From positions 29,450,001-29,514,000 of the forward strand of contig OZ024755.1 in assembly GCA_964016885.1 (NCBI GenBank): a stretch of 64,000 bases of DNA, given 5' to 3'. The translations under genes and the position numbers were made by a program. Below the pieces are notes generated by a model, which had not been told where the DNA came from, searched no databases, and worked only from the letters and a program-made list of their open reading frames with translations. Each line of letters opens with the position of its first letter. Position 1 is the stretch's first letter. Below, piece after piece: positions 26,743 through 42,139 of this stretch. The DNA is from Eledone cirrhosa. Its lineage: Eukaryota.

Positions 26743-29209
26743 GTCATACATACATATACACATACATCCATTCTGCATCTAATAACTGCACGTACACAGG
26801 TAAAGATACAAAGCATATGCACACATATGAACATGCATACATATAACTCAAAAGATACACATCCACAAATATGTATGCACCATCTACACATTAGTTATAA
26901 AAAGTACTTTCGCCTATAAAGAATGGCATACGCGTTTAAGAAAAGTGGTAACACATTGATAAATGTCTTAACTAAAGTTGTCAAATGTTGTATTTAATAT
27001 CATTAATCATCAACATTCCAGTATAACCTCATCACATTTCTCATAGTGTAGCTGCGAGCCCTCATAAACCACTGCGTTCATGAGTGCAAATAAGGTAATT
27101 GTGATAAATACTTCATTCTTCCATTCACTTTAATTTTAGATGTATTTCATTCACTCCTATATATACATTATCTCCTTAGCGTGACAGCGAACAAAACCAC
27201 AAAGGATATTATCATATGTAGAAATTTGTTTCATGTTTTTTGTTGGATGTTTTTTTGCTTTGTATTTTGTTGGTTCTTTTTTTTTGCAGAGGATAGGGGA
27301 CACATTTTGTTTAAACAAAGCTTCATTTCCGTTGAATTTAAGAAACACAAATCTTTTTAAAATTATTTTTTATTCATCATATTTTATGTATATTGCAGGG
27401 ATGGTAGCATCTGAAAATTTCATTAGGTTGTCCTGCGGGAAATGCCAAGATGTCCGCTGATTTGCTAGGTAATATAATTAGAATTTGATGTACATTCATC
27501 GATTATTCGGAAGAGATTCCATTTAAACGTTTTTTAATGAGTAATGAACTTATGTTAATGAAAAGTGGCAAATGCATTAGAAGTTGTTATTTACGTAACA
27601 TTTACAAAGCCTGCGACTATAACTGGGATTACTAAATAGATTTTGAAGTAGATTATCAGCATTGCATAAAGTTTGATTTGATATTTATAGCTTCATGATT
27701 TTATCATAAATAACTGCATCTTTACAATGTAAATGGTAAGTACCGTATATTGGGGATTAATGCTTGAATTATCGTCACCATTTCTATCAATTCTTTTTTA
27801 CATGGTAAAAAATGCCTTCCAATGCTCTCAACTGTACTGTTGCAGAATTAGACATACATATTCACTCAACCTTAAGGGGAATAGAACACTAAGTAAGATT
27901 TCCTGAGATTCTGTGCCATAACATCCTGTTTCAAGGTGCCTCTGAGACATCAGTATCAATCAAATACCTGTAAATAGGCGATACAGTATTTCGGGTGTCA
28001 ATCAATATAATGAGACAATAACAAAATTAATTGTTGATCTGTGTCCCCCTTATACCATGTGTATCTATCGACGTCTTTGTGCTGACAGAAAGTTTTCATA
28101 ATAGAGAGCTCATTACTCGAACAGAAATCTCATAATGCATTCCTTTCATTCGTAGATAGTCAGTGCAAATATATGCATTGAAAATTTACATTATGTATAT
28201 ATAACTATGTCTTAACTACATCTAAAGCTGCAATTACTTCCTAAAGAAGGATGTGTATTCGGATATTCTGTTTGGTGCATAAACTTGCACCACCCACAGA
28301 GTCCATTCTTTCAGCCAAAGTTTGAAGAGGTGAACCCTCTTTCCAAATGGGATCCAGTCCATAACACATTCTGACAGCTGCGGGGCTTTTGTGTATGGCC
28401 ACTCCCGCCTATGTAGTCATTTCTGGCACCACAACTGTATAGAGGAGTTTCCTTCCTCCATCTAAATCTACAGTACCAGAGACACGGAACATTGTCGAGG
28501 AAACATGGACTAAATTTAGCAAGTAATATCTGGTCTCCTCCACTGCTTCGTACACCTTACTTGTAAATATTGCAATGTTTATGTTGCTATTTCATAATGT
28601 TTGTTCGTTTGTGGATCCTCTATGGGATCTCGGGATGCCCAACGTTTGTACGTCTATCGCACACCTCCCAGGAGAGGTCACACAGTATCCCCAGTTCTTG
28701 CAGCATTGGAATGAAACTGCAATACATTTTTTTCCCACAGGGCGCTCTATCTAAAGCCTGAACATTTCCCTTGTTACCCCGTGCGAAGGATGATGTGGTA
28801 TGAATGCTATTATAATATTTGTTTCTGGTGTCATATTCGCACCAAACACCAAATTGATACTTTCTCACACTTACGGAACTTGTCATTTTTAGAAGCTGGC
28901 TTTAATCACCTCGTTGTAGCTATATGTCAACATAGCTTCATCACTGTCAGTAGTTTGCCGCTGGTGGAACGGCGTTGCTTATTTGTCCGGCCAATGTCCA
29001 TATATATAGCAACTAATCATCATATCTGCTGGCCTTTCTCTAGCAAGTCAGCAGTGTTGGATGTTCGTGGTTAGAGAGGGGCTGATCACCAACTTGTTAG
29101 AAGAAGAAAATCAAAAATAAAAACAACAACAACAATCAATACAACGAATAATTAGTGCGATGGCTGATCAGTGAAATATAGTATTCACTTCTCATTTCAG
29201 GTCTCTGCC

Positions 29210-29310
29210 TCTGAGTGAAAGCAATAAATCCCGCCGAGGTTAACTTTGCCTTTCATGCTTACGGGATCGATAAAATAAAGCTGGCCTTGTGCCGAAAGCA
29301 GAAACAATTC
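29210..29310 (+). mobile_element. SINE fragment
   Basis: SINE core with internal deletion. Confidence 0.75.
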
Positions 29311-29877
29311 TTAATAGTCAAAATCTCCCATATCTTAAACTTAATATTATCAAGAAATACCTCGTAGTTAACATTATCATACTCTGTGTGTCTTTAAACT
29401 GTAACCAATGTTATATAACTGGGAACATTTTTCCTGTTTTTTTTTTTTATCAGATGTCTTAAAAATGATTAACACACCTTCTTTAACATTTCGTGGAAAT
29501 AGATTTTTAACAACTGCATTTCGCCGAGATATTGAATTGATTTTCAAGAATATACAAAAGAGAAAATCACACTAAAAAAAACAAAAAAACACTTTGGAAT
29601 AAAACCTGAGGCGTTGTTTCCCTTTTTTAAATTCTGAAATTGACATTTGCCCTCATGCAGTCTTACGATATTAAAAGAGAGAACTGTACACAGAATACAA
29701 TGAGGTCAGGATATATATAGCAAGCAGATATTTGGTATGCCTGGAAAATCACCATATATTCTGCTGCGTCTTAATATCTTAGTGATTCAGTTTTTATTAT
29801 TGAATTTAGAGAATATATATATATATATATTAAAGATTCGCGTAAATCACGTAGAAATGTTCTATATATACTGTCTT

Positions 29878-30224
29878 ATATATATATATACACATATATA
29901 TATATAAATATATATATATATACATATATATATATACACATACATATATATATATACACATACATATATACACACATATATATATAAATACATATATATA
30001 TACACATATAAATATATATATTACACATACATATATATTTACACATATATATATATATACATACATACATACATATATATACATACATACACATACATAT
30101 ATATATACACATACAAATATAGACATATATACATACATATATATATATGTATATATACATACACATATATATATATACATATAAATGAATACATACATAT
30201 AAATACATATAAATACATACATAT

Positions 30225-30273
<49 letters not shown>

Positions 30274-30276
30274 TAT
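29878..30276. repeat. (TA)/(CA) compound microsatellite
   Basis: Direct reading. Confidence 0.95.
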
Positions 30277-30515
30277 AATTTGGCCAGAGTGTAATTGTAG
30301 GAAACTGAATGGTGTTATTAGAAATGAGTATTTCTAAAATGCTACGCAGATCACCAATGGTGAAAATAATAGCCACAAAATGGAATCAAAATTAGTTATT
30401 TTTGCTCAGCTGGAAGATAGACACGATCCCAGCTACACCACTTACGTCATATCAGGTGTAGTTTATTAATTAAGTTTATTCAGGTGTAGTTTATTAATTA
30501 AGTACACCAAACATA

Positions 30516-30553
<38 letters not shown>

Positions 30554-30682
30554 TAAAATAACAGATTAAAGTTTAAGCAAAGAATCGCTGCTTTCACCCT
30601 TAACGTGATCTTCTTATATATTTGCTATATATTTATCCTTATCGAGCCCTCTTTGGATTTTAGTCTTCAAATTTATTATTAT

Positions 30683-30731
<49 letters not shown>

Positions 30732-30981
30732 TTAAGTACACCAAACATAGTATATATATATATATATACTATGTTTGGTGTACTTAATTAATAAACTACA
30801 CCTGATATGACGGAAGTGCTGTAGCTGGGATCTTGTCTATCTTCCAGCTAGGCAAAAAATAACTAATTTTGATTCCATTTTTTGGCTATTATTTTCACCA
30901 TTGGTGATCTGCGTAGCATTTTAGAAATACTCATTTCTAATAACAACATTCAGTTTCCTACAATTACACTCTGGCCAAATT
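30277..30981. repeat. Large inverted repeat (family K) with (TA)n-containing spacer
   Basis: Arms ~30277-30518 and ~30767-30981; extra direct copy of TTAATTAAGTACACCAAACATAG at ~30728. Confidence 0.9.
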
Positions 30982-31239
30982 TGAAGGATTTTTTAAATAT
31001 AATTCTTTACTACATACATGGTATTAGTCGATATTAAGGATCTGAGCACGTATTTCATTCTGGTACGTAATATTTACGTAATGTTTCTAAAAAGAACACC
31101 GGCTTCGAAACCTTAGAATGCACTCACACACGTATGCATGTATTCACAGACGTATACCCCCCCCCCACACACACACATACATACACACACATACACATAT
31201 ACATATACATATAAAAAAAAAAAAGGATCGATCGACTTT

Positions 31240-31450
31240 CGTCAAATCGGACCGAGGAAACAATGTTTCCGTCGGTCTTTCCAGTTGCTAGTACTATCTA
31301 TCGGTCGCAACTCCAGGTAGAAGGAGCAACGTGAAATATAGTGTCTTGCTCAAGGACATAACGCATCGTCCGGTCCAGAAATCGAACTCCCAACCTCAAG
31401 ATTGTGAATCCAATTCTCTAACCAGTCAAACCAGTCAGCCACACGCCTTC
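31240..31450 (-). mobile_element. Second tRNA-derived SINE family
   Basis: Reverse complement of 40180-40345. Confidence 0.8.
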
Positions 31451-31504
31451 GCATACACACACACAATATTATATATATATATATATATATATTTATTTAT
31501 TTAT

Positions 31505-32170
<666 letters not shown>

Positions 32171-32507
32171 AAGGTTGTCCATGCCTGCTTTACATTATAC
32201 GTTCAGCACAACAAGAGAAAGAAGAGGAGAGAGATAGAAACATATAGAAATAGATAAATAGAGAGCGACAGAGAGAGGCGGGGAAAAGTAAAGATAGATA
32301 CATCTTTGGTGAGGCATTAATTAACTAAAATACGCACAGAGTGCGGTCGCTGATGAGACGAGGCTCTGATTATATGTCTATCATCAATAACGTCAGATTC
32401 AAACAACAATCTCTGCGTAACGAGCTCAGTAGCAAGTGTGCATTCATGTTTATTAAACATACGACTGTAAATTTATTCACAATTTATCCAGGAACAAGCA
32501 TAATATT

Positions 32508-32508
<1 letters not shown>

Positions 32509-32570
<62 letters not shown>

Positions 32571-32712
32571 AGATATATATATATATGTATATATGTACGC
32601 ATGTATATATATATATATACATATATATCTGTGTGTGGTGTGGTGTGGTGTGCGTGTGTGTGTGTGGACATATATATATATATATATGTATATATTTAAA
32701 TCATGCTTAAAT

Positions 32713-32743
<31 letters not shown>

Positions 32744-33025
32744 ACAGATATATATGTATATATGTACGCATATATATATATATGTATGTACATATATATA
32801 TACATATATATCTGTGTGTGGTGTGGTGTGGTGTGGTGTGGTGTGGTGTGGTGTGTGTGTGTGTGTGTGTGTGCAGATATATATATATATATGTATGTAT
32901 ATATGTACGCATATATATATGTATGTATATATATACATATATATCTCTGTGTGGTGTGGTGTGGTGCGTGTGTGTGTGTGTGTGTGTGGACATATATATA
33001 TATATATGTATATATTTAAATCATG
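32509..33025. repeat. Tandem duplication of a compound microsatellite unit
   Basis: GT/TA/GTGTG blocks repeated, ending ATATTTAAATCATG at ~32705 and ~33025. Confidence 0.85.
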
Positions 33026-33821
33026 TTGACACAATCAACTCAACTGCTGACACTCATCAATTGCCTGGTGATATTTTCGGGGCATGACATTTCGAGATAC
33101 CTGTTGATATATTGACTAATTGATCTCGCTTCATTCATTTTGCTGAATAAAATTTTAAATAATATTTCGTACTTAATATTTGCAAATCATTAACAGAATG
33201 TTTAGAATAAACAACGAATTCCTTAATAATCTTTTGTGTAAGCAAAATCTTTAATACTATTTGTGTAAGCGAAATCCTTAATAATATCTGTGTAAGCGAA
33301 AAAAGATATTAATCTTATACAAATGCATTCACATGTTCTTTCTCTGCACAGGAATATGTAAAGACGCACATACATACATGTGATCCACGTTTTAGTCTTA
33401 CAGGATTTTTAAAGTATATTTGCCTACATTTAAACAAAGAAAAAATATCAAAAACAGAAAATCTAGTTTTAGATTTATTGTTATTTCTATTAATGAAAAA
33501 CTAGAAAAATATAAAAAAATATTTAATCCGACTAGTATTCAGCGGATTAATTATGATTTAAATGCTTTTAAAAATCATTTATTTACAAAGATGAAGAGAT
33601 TGAAGCCATGTATATATGATTTTTAGTTTTAAGATGAGAGAAAAACCAGTAGTAACGACAATGATTAAAACATTATTTTTTTAAGTTATTAAATCAGAGT
33701 ATCAGGTTCGGAATGTATTATAATACGCCTTTGAAAGTTATCTCGCTTAATGATAGTCGAAGAAAAGAAAATAGCAGAATATTGATTATACTGATAGTTC
33801 CAATAACAATATTACCAGAAG

Positions 33822-34040
33822 GGCGGTGGAATGGCAGTATCGGAAGAGTATCGGACGCCATGCTTTGCAGCATTGAGTTACGGCTCTTTACGGCTTGAGT
33901 TCAAATCCGGCCGAGGTTAACTTCGCCATTCATCCTTACGGGGTCGATAAAATAAAGTACCAGTAATGTACTGGGGTCGATTTAATCGACTTTCCCATCC
34001 CCTTCAAATGACTGGCCTTGTGCCTATAGTAGAAACAAGA
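33822..34040 (+). mobile_element. Full-length tRNA-derived SINE
   Basis: A-box-like TGGCAGTATCGG, B-box-like GAGTTCAAATCC, core and tail. Confidence 0.9.
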
Positions 34041-34186
34041 TATTATCTGCGTGATTAGGTCGCTGCACTTGGCGTTCCTCGGTATCTTCGGTCCTGTTAT
34101 GCTCATGTAAGATGTTGGCACGGATGTTATTTCAGAGTTTGCCAGAGAACGGAAGCTTAGTGAAACATATTTAGTTTGCTTTATGG

Positions 34187-34920
34187 CGATTAGATAATTG
34201 TTTCTACTTTAGGCACAAGGCCAGCAAACACCCAGTGCATTACTAGTACTTTATTTTATCGACCCCGTAAGGATGAAAGGCAAAGTAAACCTCGGCGGGA
34301 TTTGAACTCAGATCGTAAAGGGACGTAACTATGCTGGAAAGCATGGCGTCCGACCCTCTACCGATACTGCCAATCCACCGATTAGATAATTGTTTCTACT
34401 TTCGGCACAAGGCCAGCAATCACCCAGTGCATTACTGGTACTTTATTTTATCGACCCCGTAAGGATGAAAGGCAAAGTAAACCTCGGTGGGATTTGAACT
34501 CAGATCGTAAAGGGACGTAACTATGCTGGAAAGCATGGCGTCCGACCCTCTACCGATACTGCCAATCCACCGATTAGATAATTGTTTCTACTTTCGGCAC
34601 AAGGCCAGCAATCACCCAGTGCATTACTGGTACTTTATTTTATCGACCCCGTAAGGATGAAAGGCAAAGTCAACCTCGGCGGGATTTGAACTCAGATCGT
34701 AAAGGGACGTAACTATGCTGGAAAGCATGGCGTCCGACCCTCTACCGATACTGCCAATCCACCGATTAGATAATGGCATCTAATTTAGACACAAGGCCAG
34801 CAGTTTTAGGGTAGTGGGAAATGTTTCAATTGATCCCTGTACTAGTCAGATAAATTATTTGATCAACCTTGGAAGAAAGAAAGGCAAAGTTGACATCGGG
34901 AAATGTTAAACTCAACGCAA
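34187..34920 (-). mobile_element. Tandem SINE trimer (192-bp period) plus one old copy
   Basis: CGATTAGATAAT at 34187, 34379, 34571 and 34763 separates three near-identical SINEs. Confidence 0.92.
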
Positions 34921-35397
34921 TGATCCTTTGGATGGGGTCATCATTTGGGGAAAAGAACTTAATACATTTGATTGATTTATATTAAAATCGAACAAAGTGT
35001 TTATTTCATGTTTCATCTGTATTTATATATTCAAAATGTCTTCCTTTCTCATGATATTTCTTAGTATATTAGGCGTTATACTTGAGTCTTTGGGGCATAC
35101 AATCAAGATTTGCCCCGGGCATCACCAGAGCTTTGCAAGCCACTGATCTCTGCGAGCAACTCTGCTAATTTGTCCCCTGTGTAATTATTCTATGGAAATC
35201 AGAGGCAAGTAAAATGGATGGCACGGATGGATTAAAAGCAAAGGTCCATGATTATATCAAACAAGGTATAAAACACACAATCGATACTGCTGTATATGTT
35301 GCCGTGCAGCAAAACACTTAACTTAAAGATGTGGTTGCACGCATGTAACTGTATATCATTTCTCTGATGAGGTAAGGAATCGATCTCTATTTGCTAA

Positions 35398-35834
35398 ATG
35401 AAATAATTGTTTCTACTTTAGGCACAAGGCCAGCAATTACCCAGTGCATTACTGGTACTTTATTTTATCGACCCCGTAAGGATGAAAGGCAAAGTCAACC
35501 TCGGCGGGATTTGAACTCAGATCGTAAAGGGACGTAACTATGCTGGAAAGCATGGCGTCCGACCCTCTACCGATACTGCCAATCCACATGAAATAATATC
35601 GATCCATTTCTGGTATGAACGTAAACACAGCAATGAAATATAATTGTTTCTACGATTGGCACTAGGCTAGCAATTAACCAGTGCATTACTGGTACTTAAT
35701 TTTATCGACCCCCATAAGGGTAAAAGGCAACGTTAACCTCGGCGTGATTAGAACTCAGAATGGCAACTCTAAGCGTCAAAGCATGGCATCCGACTCTCTA
35801 TCGATACTGCCAACCCACCGCAATGAAATATAAT
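35398..35834 (-). mobile_element. Two independent SINE insertions, each with a TSD
   Basis: TSDs ATGAAATAAT (~35398, ~35588) and GCAATGAAATATAAT (~35630, ~35820). Confidence 0.9.
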
Positions 35835-36204
35835 GTAGATGTATTAAGTATTTCACCTACTCCAGTTAAAACCTACAGTAAAATAATAGCCATGGTAAAT
35901 GAATAATTAGGATACGATACCATAACATATAAATGATATGAGACGTATATTTAAATATATTTATGTAGAATTCATTAGGTTTTGATTAACTTCATTGTTG
36001 TATTGTATCATATCCTCGCTGCACCTGGCTAAACGGATTTTAATAACTATTTACCTTTATATAAGTAATTGTATCAGTGAGCAAATTAATCGTCCTTAGA
36101 TTCGAAGGAGAAAATTCGGAACCAATATGTTTTGATGAAATATTAATTCTATTAATAGCTTAATATGCCAATATCTAAATATCTATTGCAAACCTCACAT
36201 ATAT

Positions 36205-36207
<3 letters not shown>

Positions 36208-36240
<33 letters not shown>

Positions 36241-36483
36241 CTATATATATATATATATATATTTATATCTATATCTATATAATATCTATATCTATATAAT
36301 ATCTATATATTTATATATATATATAATATTTATATCTATATAATATCTATATATTTATATATTTATATCTATATAATATCTATATATTTATATATTTATA
36401 TCTATATAATATCTATATATTTATATATATTTATATTTATATCTATGTAATATAGATATAAATATATATATATCTATATAATA

Positions 36484-36530
<47 letters not shown>

Positions 36531-36886
36531 ATCTATATCTATATAAATATATATATATAAATATATAGATATCTATATAATATCTATATATATATATCTA
36601 TATATTTATATCTATATATTTATATCTATATATTTATATATCTATATATATATATTTATATATCTATATATATATATCTATATATTTATATATCTATATA
36701 TATATATCTATATATTTATATATCTATATATATATATTTATATATCTATATATATATATTTATATATCTATATATATATATTTATATCTATATATATATA
36801 TATTTATATCTATATATATATATATTTATATCTATATATATATATTTATATCTATATCTATATATATATATTTATATCTATATATT

Positions 36887-36919
<33 letters not shown>

Positions 36920-37310
36920 CTATATATATATATATATTTATATCTATATCTATATATATATTTATATCTATATCTATATCTATATATATATATTTATATC
37001 TATATCTATATCTACATATATATATTTATATCTATATATATATATATATCTATATCTATATATATATATTTATATCTATATATCTATATCTATATATCTA
37101 TATCTATATCTATATATATATATCTATATATATATATTTATATCTATATATATATATCTATATCTATATATTTATATCTATATATATATATCTATATCTA
37201 TATATCTATATCTATATATCTATATATCTATATCTATATATCTATATATCTATATTTATATCTATATCTATATTTATATCTATATCTATATCTATATATA
37301 TATATTTATA

Positions 37311-37349
<39 letters not shown>

Positions 37350-37517
37350 ATATATATATATATTTATATATATATTTATATATATATACATATATTTATA
37401 TATATACATATATATATATATATACATATATATATACATATACATATATATATACATATATATACATATATATCTATACATGTATATATATATATATATA
37501 TACACACACATATACAC

Positions 37518-37577
<60 letters not shown>

Positions 37578-37645
37578 TATATATATATATATATACAATA
37601 TATATGAGTATATATATATATATATATATATACAATATATACATG
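36208..37645. repeat. Compound (TA)n/TATC/TTTA array
   Basis: Direct reading. Confidence 0.97.
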
Positions 37646-38454
37646 TAACAAAAAACGCATAAAACTCCTTTAATCTCACACCCACATTACATTGCTCTAA
37701 ATAATTAGTAAAAATTACGTTCGAAAATGAATTAAATAATCCGTAGCCCAGATATTATTCTATTTCTTTCAGCAAGTGTTGTTGTTTTTCATAAGATGTG
37801 ACACACTGATTGCTACTTCAAAGTAGCAACAATTATTATAGAAGAAGCTACGAGGCAATACATGTGCCAACACATAGGCAATATATCTGCTGAAAATATA
37901 AATTTGAAAGACTTTCGTCCGTCTGTCACGCAATGTGTGTGTGTCGATGTGAATGTATGTGTATGGAAAGGGAAGGCAGGTAATTGTGAAAAATCTATAG
38001 TAAAATAGCTGCTGGAGTTCTATTTACAATACTCTGTTTGAGTGTATGTATGTGTATACGTGTGTTCACGGTTGGTTAGCTTTTCTTAGCCTGTAGCCAT
38101 TAGGAGCTAAACCTTTGTTTGTTTTCCGAACATGCCACTCAATTTGTTTAAAATATAAGATATTGGACAACGAGTTTTCATCTATAAAATAGACGAGTCG
38201 ATGGAAGAGACAAAATTCTCAAAGCAAAGGCAGCAACAGCAACAACAACAACAAACAAACAAACAAACAAACACAGCACTGCACAGGAAAATGTATTCAA
38301 TGCATATCTTGCATTTAAGAGATTCACCATCACCATTGCGATATAAAACAAGTATTGCGATATAAAACAAACACAACAAAAGCCAACAAATACATTACTA
38401 CAAACGCTGCCACAATCACCCACACCTACAAAACTATCACAGCACCACCCAACC

Positions 38455-38455
<1 letters not shown>

Positions 38456-38493
<38 letters not shown>

Positions 38494-38538
38494 CAGCAGT
38501 AGTAGTAATAGTAGTAGTAGTAGTAGCAGCAGCAGTAA

Positions 38539-38595
<57 letters not shown>

Positions 38596-38644
38596 CAGGA
38601 GCAGCAGTAGTAGTAGCAGCAGCAGCAACAGTAGTAGTAGTAGT

Positions 38645-38679
<35 letters not shown>

Positions 38680-38692
38680 TAGCAGCAGTAGC

Positions 38693-38724
<32 letters not shown>

Positions 38725-38799
38725 CAGAAGCAGTAGTAATAGTAGTAGTAGCAGAGCAGCAGCAGTAGTAGCAGCATCAGTAGCAGCAGTAGTAGCAAT

Positions 38800-38837
<38 letters not shown>

Positions 38838-38847
38838 TAGTAGTAGT
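38456..38847. repeat. (TAG)n/(CAG)n trinucleotide array
   Basis: Direct reading. Confidence 0.97.
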
Positions 38848-39271
38848 CTCATATCCTTTTCTATCTCAACTCAGAAAGAAGCAGTATTCAAACAAATATC
38901 AAAACCCACTACAAGTTGATCTCATCTCGAAAAAATATTCTTTTTTTTTTTTATTCGAGAATTTTTTTACTATATAACTTATCAAACATGAATCAGGAAT
39001 AGGAAAGAAGGCAAATTATTTTATTTATGTTCTAGAAAAATGATTGCTTCCAACATTTTGTTCTCCAATGACACCCGAATTATTCAAACGTTATTATCGT
39101 CTGTATATATATTTTTTTCACTTTGCCAATACTATTTCGTAATTTTATTGAAAACATCAATACATTAAATATAACATATACTTTGATAAGATTTGCCATA
39201 TAAAAATCATATTTTTATGTTCCATTTCTATTATTCATATAACATGTGTGTTTACAACCACGATCAGTTTA

Positions 39272-39305
<34 letters not shown>

Positions 39306-39494
39306 ATATGTGGGTTTGTGTCTGAATTTGTGCCCTTGTTTGTTTGTGTGTGTGTGTGTGTGTTTGTGCGTGTTTGCATATATATATGTGTGTGTTTTTT
39401 TGCTTGTGTATGTCAACACCTCTCGTTACTTAATGTGTGATATGTAGGTTTGTGTCTGAGCTTGTGTGCGTATTTGTGTGTGTGTGTGCATGAG

Positions 39495-39531
<37 letters not shown>

Positions 39532-39946
39532 TTTTGTGTTTGTGTGTGTGTGTGTGTGTGTCTGTGTTTGCCTGTGTGTGTGTGTTTGAGTGTACGTGTG
39601 TGTTTACACCTCTCGTTATTTAATGCATTAAATCAATTGACATTTACACAGAGATATCTAACCCGAAAATATCCAATATTATTTTCCACCAACAGAAGTC
39701 ACAACAACAGCTGAAAAGAATAATTTATGACATATTACACCCCCGCTAATTATCGATACAACTCCATAATTAAAACTAAAATTGGTATCATTCTGCAGGG
39801 TCGAATATTATAATGAAACACAATTTTACAACTTAATGATCCTAATTTGCATTCTTGGCGTGTTTATTCCTGTATAACAGCCTATAGAATATAATGTTCA
39901 AACATATATACATACATGCAACACACACACACATATATATATATAA

Positions 39947-39980
<34 letters not shown>

Positions 39981-40129
39981 GTGCGTGTGTGCGTGCGTGC
40001 GCGTGCGTGCGTGCGTGTGTGTGTGTGTGTGTGCAATGTGAGAGAGAAACAGTGTGAAAGATAGGCGAAGATAGAAAAATAATCAAATACTTAGAGATAC
40101 TAGCCTCTCATAAGCATTCTACTTGCAAT

Positions 40130-40173
<44 letters not shown>

Positions 40174-40179
40174 CATATA

Positions 40180-40345
40180 TGGCTGAGTGGTTAGAGAATT
40201 CAAGTCGCAATCGTGAGTTCGATTCCTGGACCGGGCGATGCGTTATGTCCTTGAGGAAGACACTTTATTTCACGTTGCTCCTTCTAGCTGGAGTTGCAAC
40301 CGATAGATAGTATTAGCAATTGGAAAGACCAATGGAAACATTGTT
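40180..40345 (+). mobile_element. Second tRNA-derived SINE family
   Basis: A box TGGCTGAGTGG, B box GTTCGATTCC, then GTCCTTGAGGAAGACACT; homologue at 31240-31450. Confidence 0.8.
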
Positions 40346-40528
40346 TCCTCGGTCCGATTTGACACACACACACATTAATATATATATAATATATATATGT
40401 GTGTGTGTATATACACACACACGTATGTATATATGTACATATATATATATACATATAATATATACATACATATGTACACACACATATATATATATATAAA
40501 CACATACACACACGCATATATATATATA

Positions 40529-40652
40529 GTTTTAATATAGATGAGATTCTACAGGACGAGAACTGTTTCATTTTATAGAAATCATCAGGAATCTGATGAT
40601 TTCTAAAGAATGAAACAGTTCTAGTCCTGTAGAATCTCATATATATTAAAAC
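40529..40652. mobile_element. Family I fold-back element
   Basis: Palindrome with apex ~40590; CTGATGA...GAAA core on both arms. Confidence 0.8.
40545..40593 (-). ncRNA. Type I hammerhead ribozyme fold (family I)
   Basis: Minus: GATTC-CTGATGA-TTTCTATAAAAT-GAAA-CAGTTCTCGTCCTG-TA-GAATC; weak stem II. Confidence 0.6.
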
Positions 40653-40704
40653 TTTTATACTCTGCTATGTACCTGTGGTTACCTCCGATTCAACCCGGAA
40701 TAAC

Positions 40705-40861
<157 letters not shown>

Positions 40862-40869
40862 CATATGCT

Positions 40870-40900
<31 letters not shown>

Positions 40901-41310
40901 GTGTGTCTAACTAAATCGATTTTTTTCAATAGATAGTGCAACCAATATTTATTTAACCATTAACTGAATGTTTATGTCTACTCCAGATATTCAAACAAAT
41001 ATACAAAGATTGATAAAGAATTGGATTAATAGTAATCATATAATTTAGAGATTAAACGTATTGAAAAAAGACTTCCACTACTAAATATTTAGTACATTTC
41101 ATATGAGGGTTCATCGAAAAATCTAGTTCTATTTTGATGTTGTCGTCAGATTACGATGCATCAATTGAATTTTTTCTCTTCATGGCTTTATAACAATTAA
41201 TGGTTTCCAATAGCATTATTGATTGAAGTTCATCAAGAGATTTAATGTATTCATGACAAACACCCCTATAATTATTTACCTCATCTTTCTACATAATTAT
41301 TTATATACAC

Positions 41311-41482
41311 TATCGGTAGAGGGTCGGACGCCATGCTTTCCAGAACAGTTACGTCCCTTTACGATCTGAGTTCAAATCCCGCCGAGGTTGACTTTGCCTT
41401 TCATCCTTACGGGGTCGATAAAATAAAGTACCAGTAATGCACTGGGTATTTGCTGGCCTTGTGCCTAAAGTAGAAACAATAA
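41311..41482 (+). mobile_element. SINE with TSD
   Basis: Flanked by ATAATTATTTATATACACTA at ~41293 and ~41479. Confidence 0.9.
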
Positions 41483-41574
41483 TTATTTATATACACTAGC
41501 AGAAAAACACCCTTCATGTGGTTTTCTGCTAGCATGTGTAGTGTGTATATGCATGCAGATATAATGGTGTTTTA

Positions 41575-41705
41575 TAAAGGCACAAGGCCAGCAATTCGGG
41601 TGGAGGGGAAAGTCAATTAAATCGACCTCAGTGCCTTATTTTACCAACCCCGTAAGGATGAAAGGCCAAGTTAACCTCGGCGGAATTTGAACTCAGATCA
41701 TAAAC
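41575..41705 (-). mobile_element. SINE, truncated
   Basis: Reverse complement of the SINE core. Confidence 0.8.
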
Positions 41706-41725
41706 AGACCATAATTGTTTCGGAA

Positions 41726-41842
<117 letters not shown>

Positions 41843-42139
41843 AGAGAGAGAGAGACAGAGGGGGGGGGGGGGGTAGAGAGAGAGGGAGAATGAGAAAGAA
41901 TCGATATATATATAACTATAAAACGTATTGGGTCACTACTCAACATATTACACGATATTTGAGGTAGCAGATTATGGCTATATTCTAAAGAGTCAGGACC
42001 CAAAGGCTGAGCTCTTTCTGTTTCTACACCTAGTTTCAGACTGTTAGCCAAAAGGGCTCACGGTTGACTGGCCATATCATCAAGGGCTTATATAGATATA
42101 AACATCGGTTTTGCATAAACATTTCGCTGCGGATCCATC

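Noticed and set aside
27890-28900. Possible very old LINE RT on the minus strand (ALDRAP like AFDRVP)
   Set aside because: One weak motif only; cannot be supported without a profile search.
32350-32400. CTGATGAG
   Set aside because: No stem II followed by GAAA.
33822-33915. tRNA gene
   Set aside because: A/B boxes belong to SINE heads; no cloverleaf.
34187-34774. Regular repeats resembling a CRISPR array
   Set aside because: Units are identical SINEs with no unique spacers; eukaryotic context, no cas genes.
35365-35410. CTGATGAG...GAAAT
   Set aside because: No convincing stems; GAAAT lies in a SINE target duplication.
38178-38852. Poly-V/A/Y/L ORFs
   Set aside because: (TAG)/(CAG) microsatellite translation.
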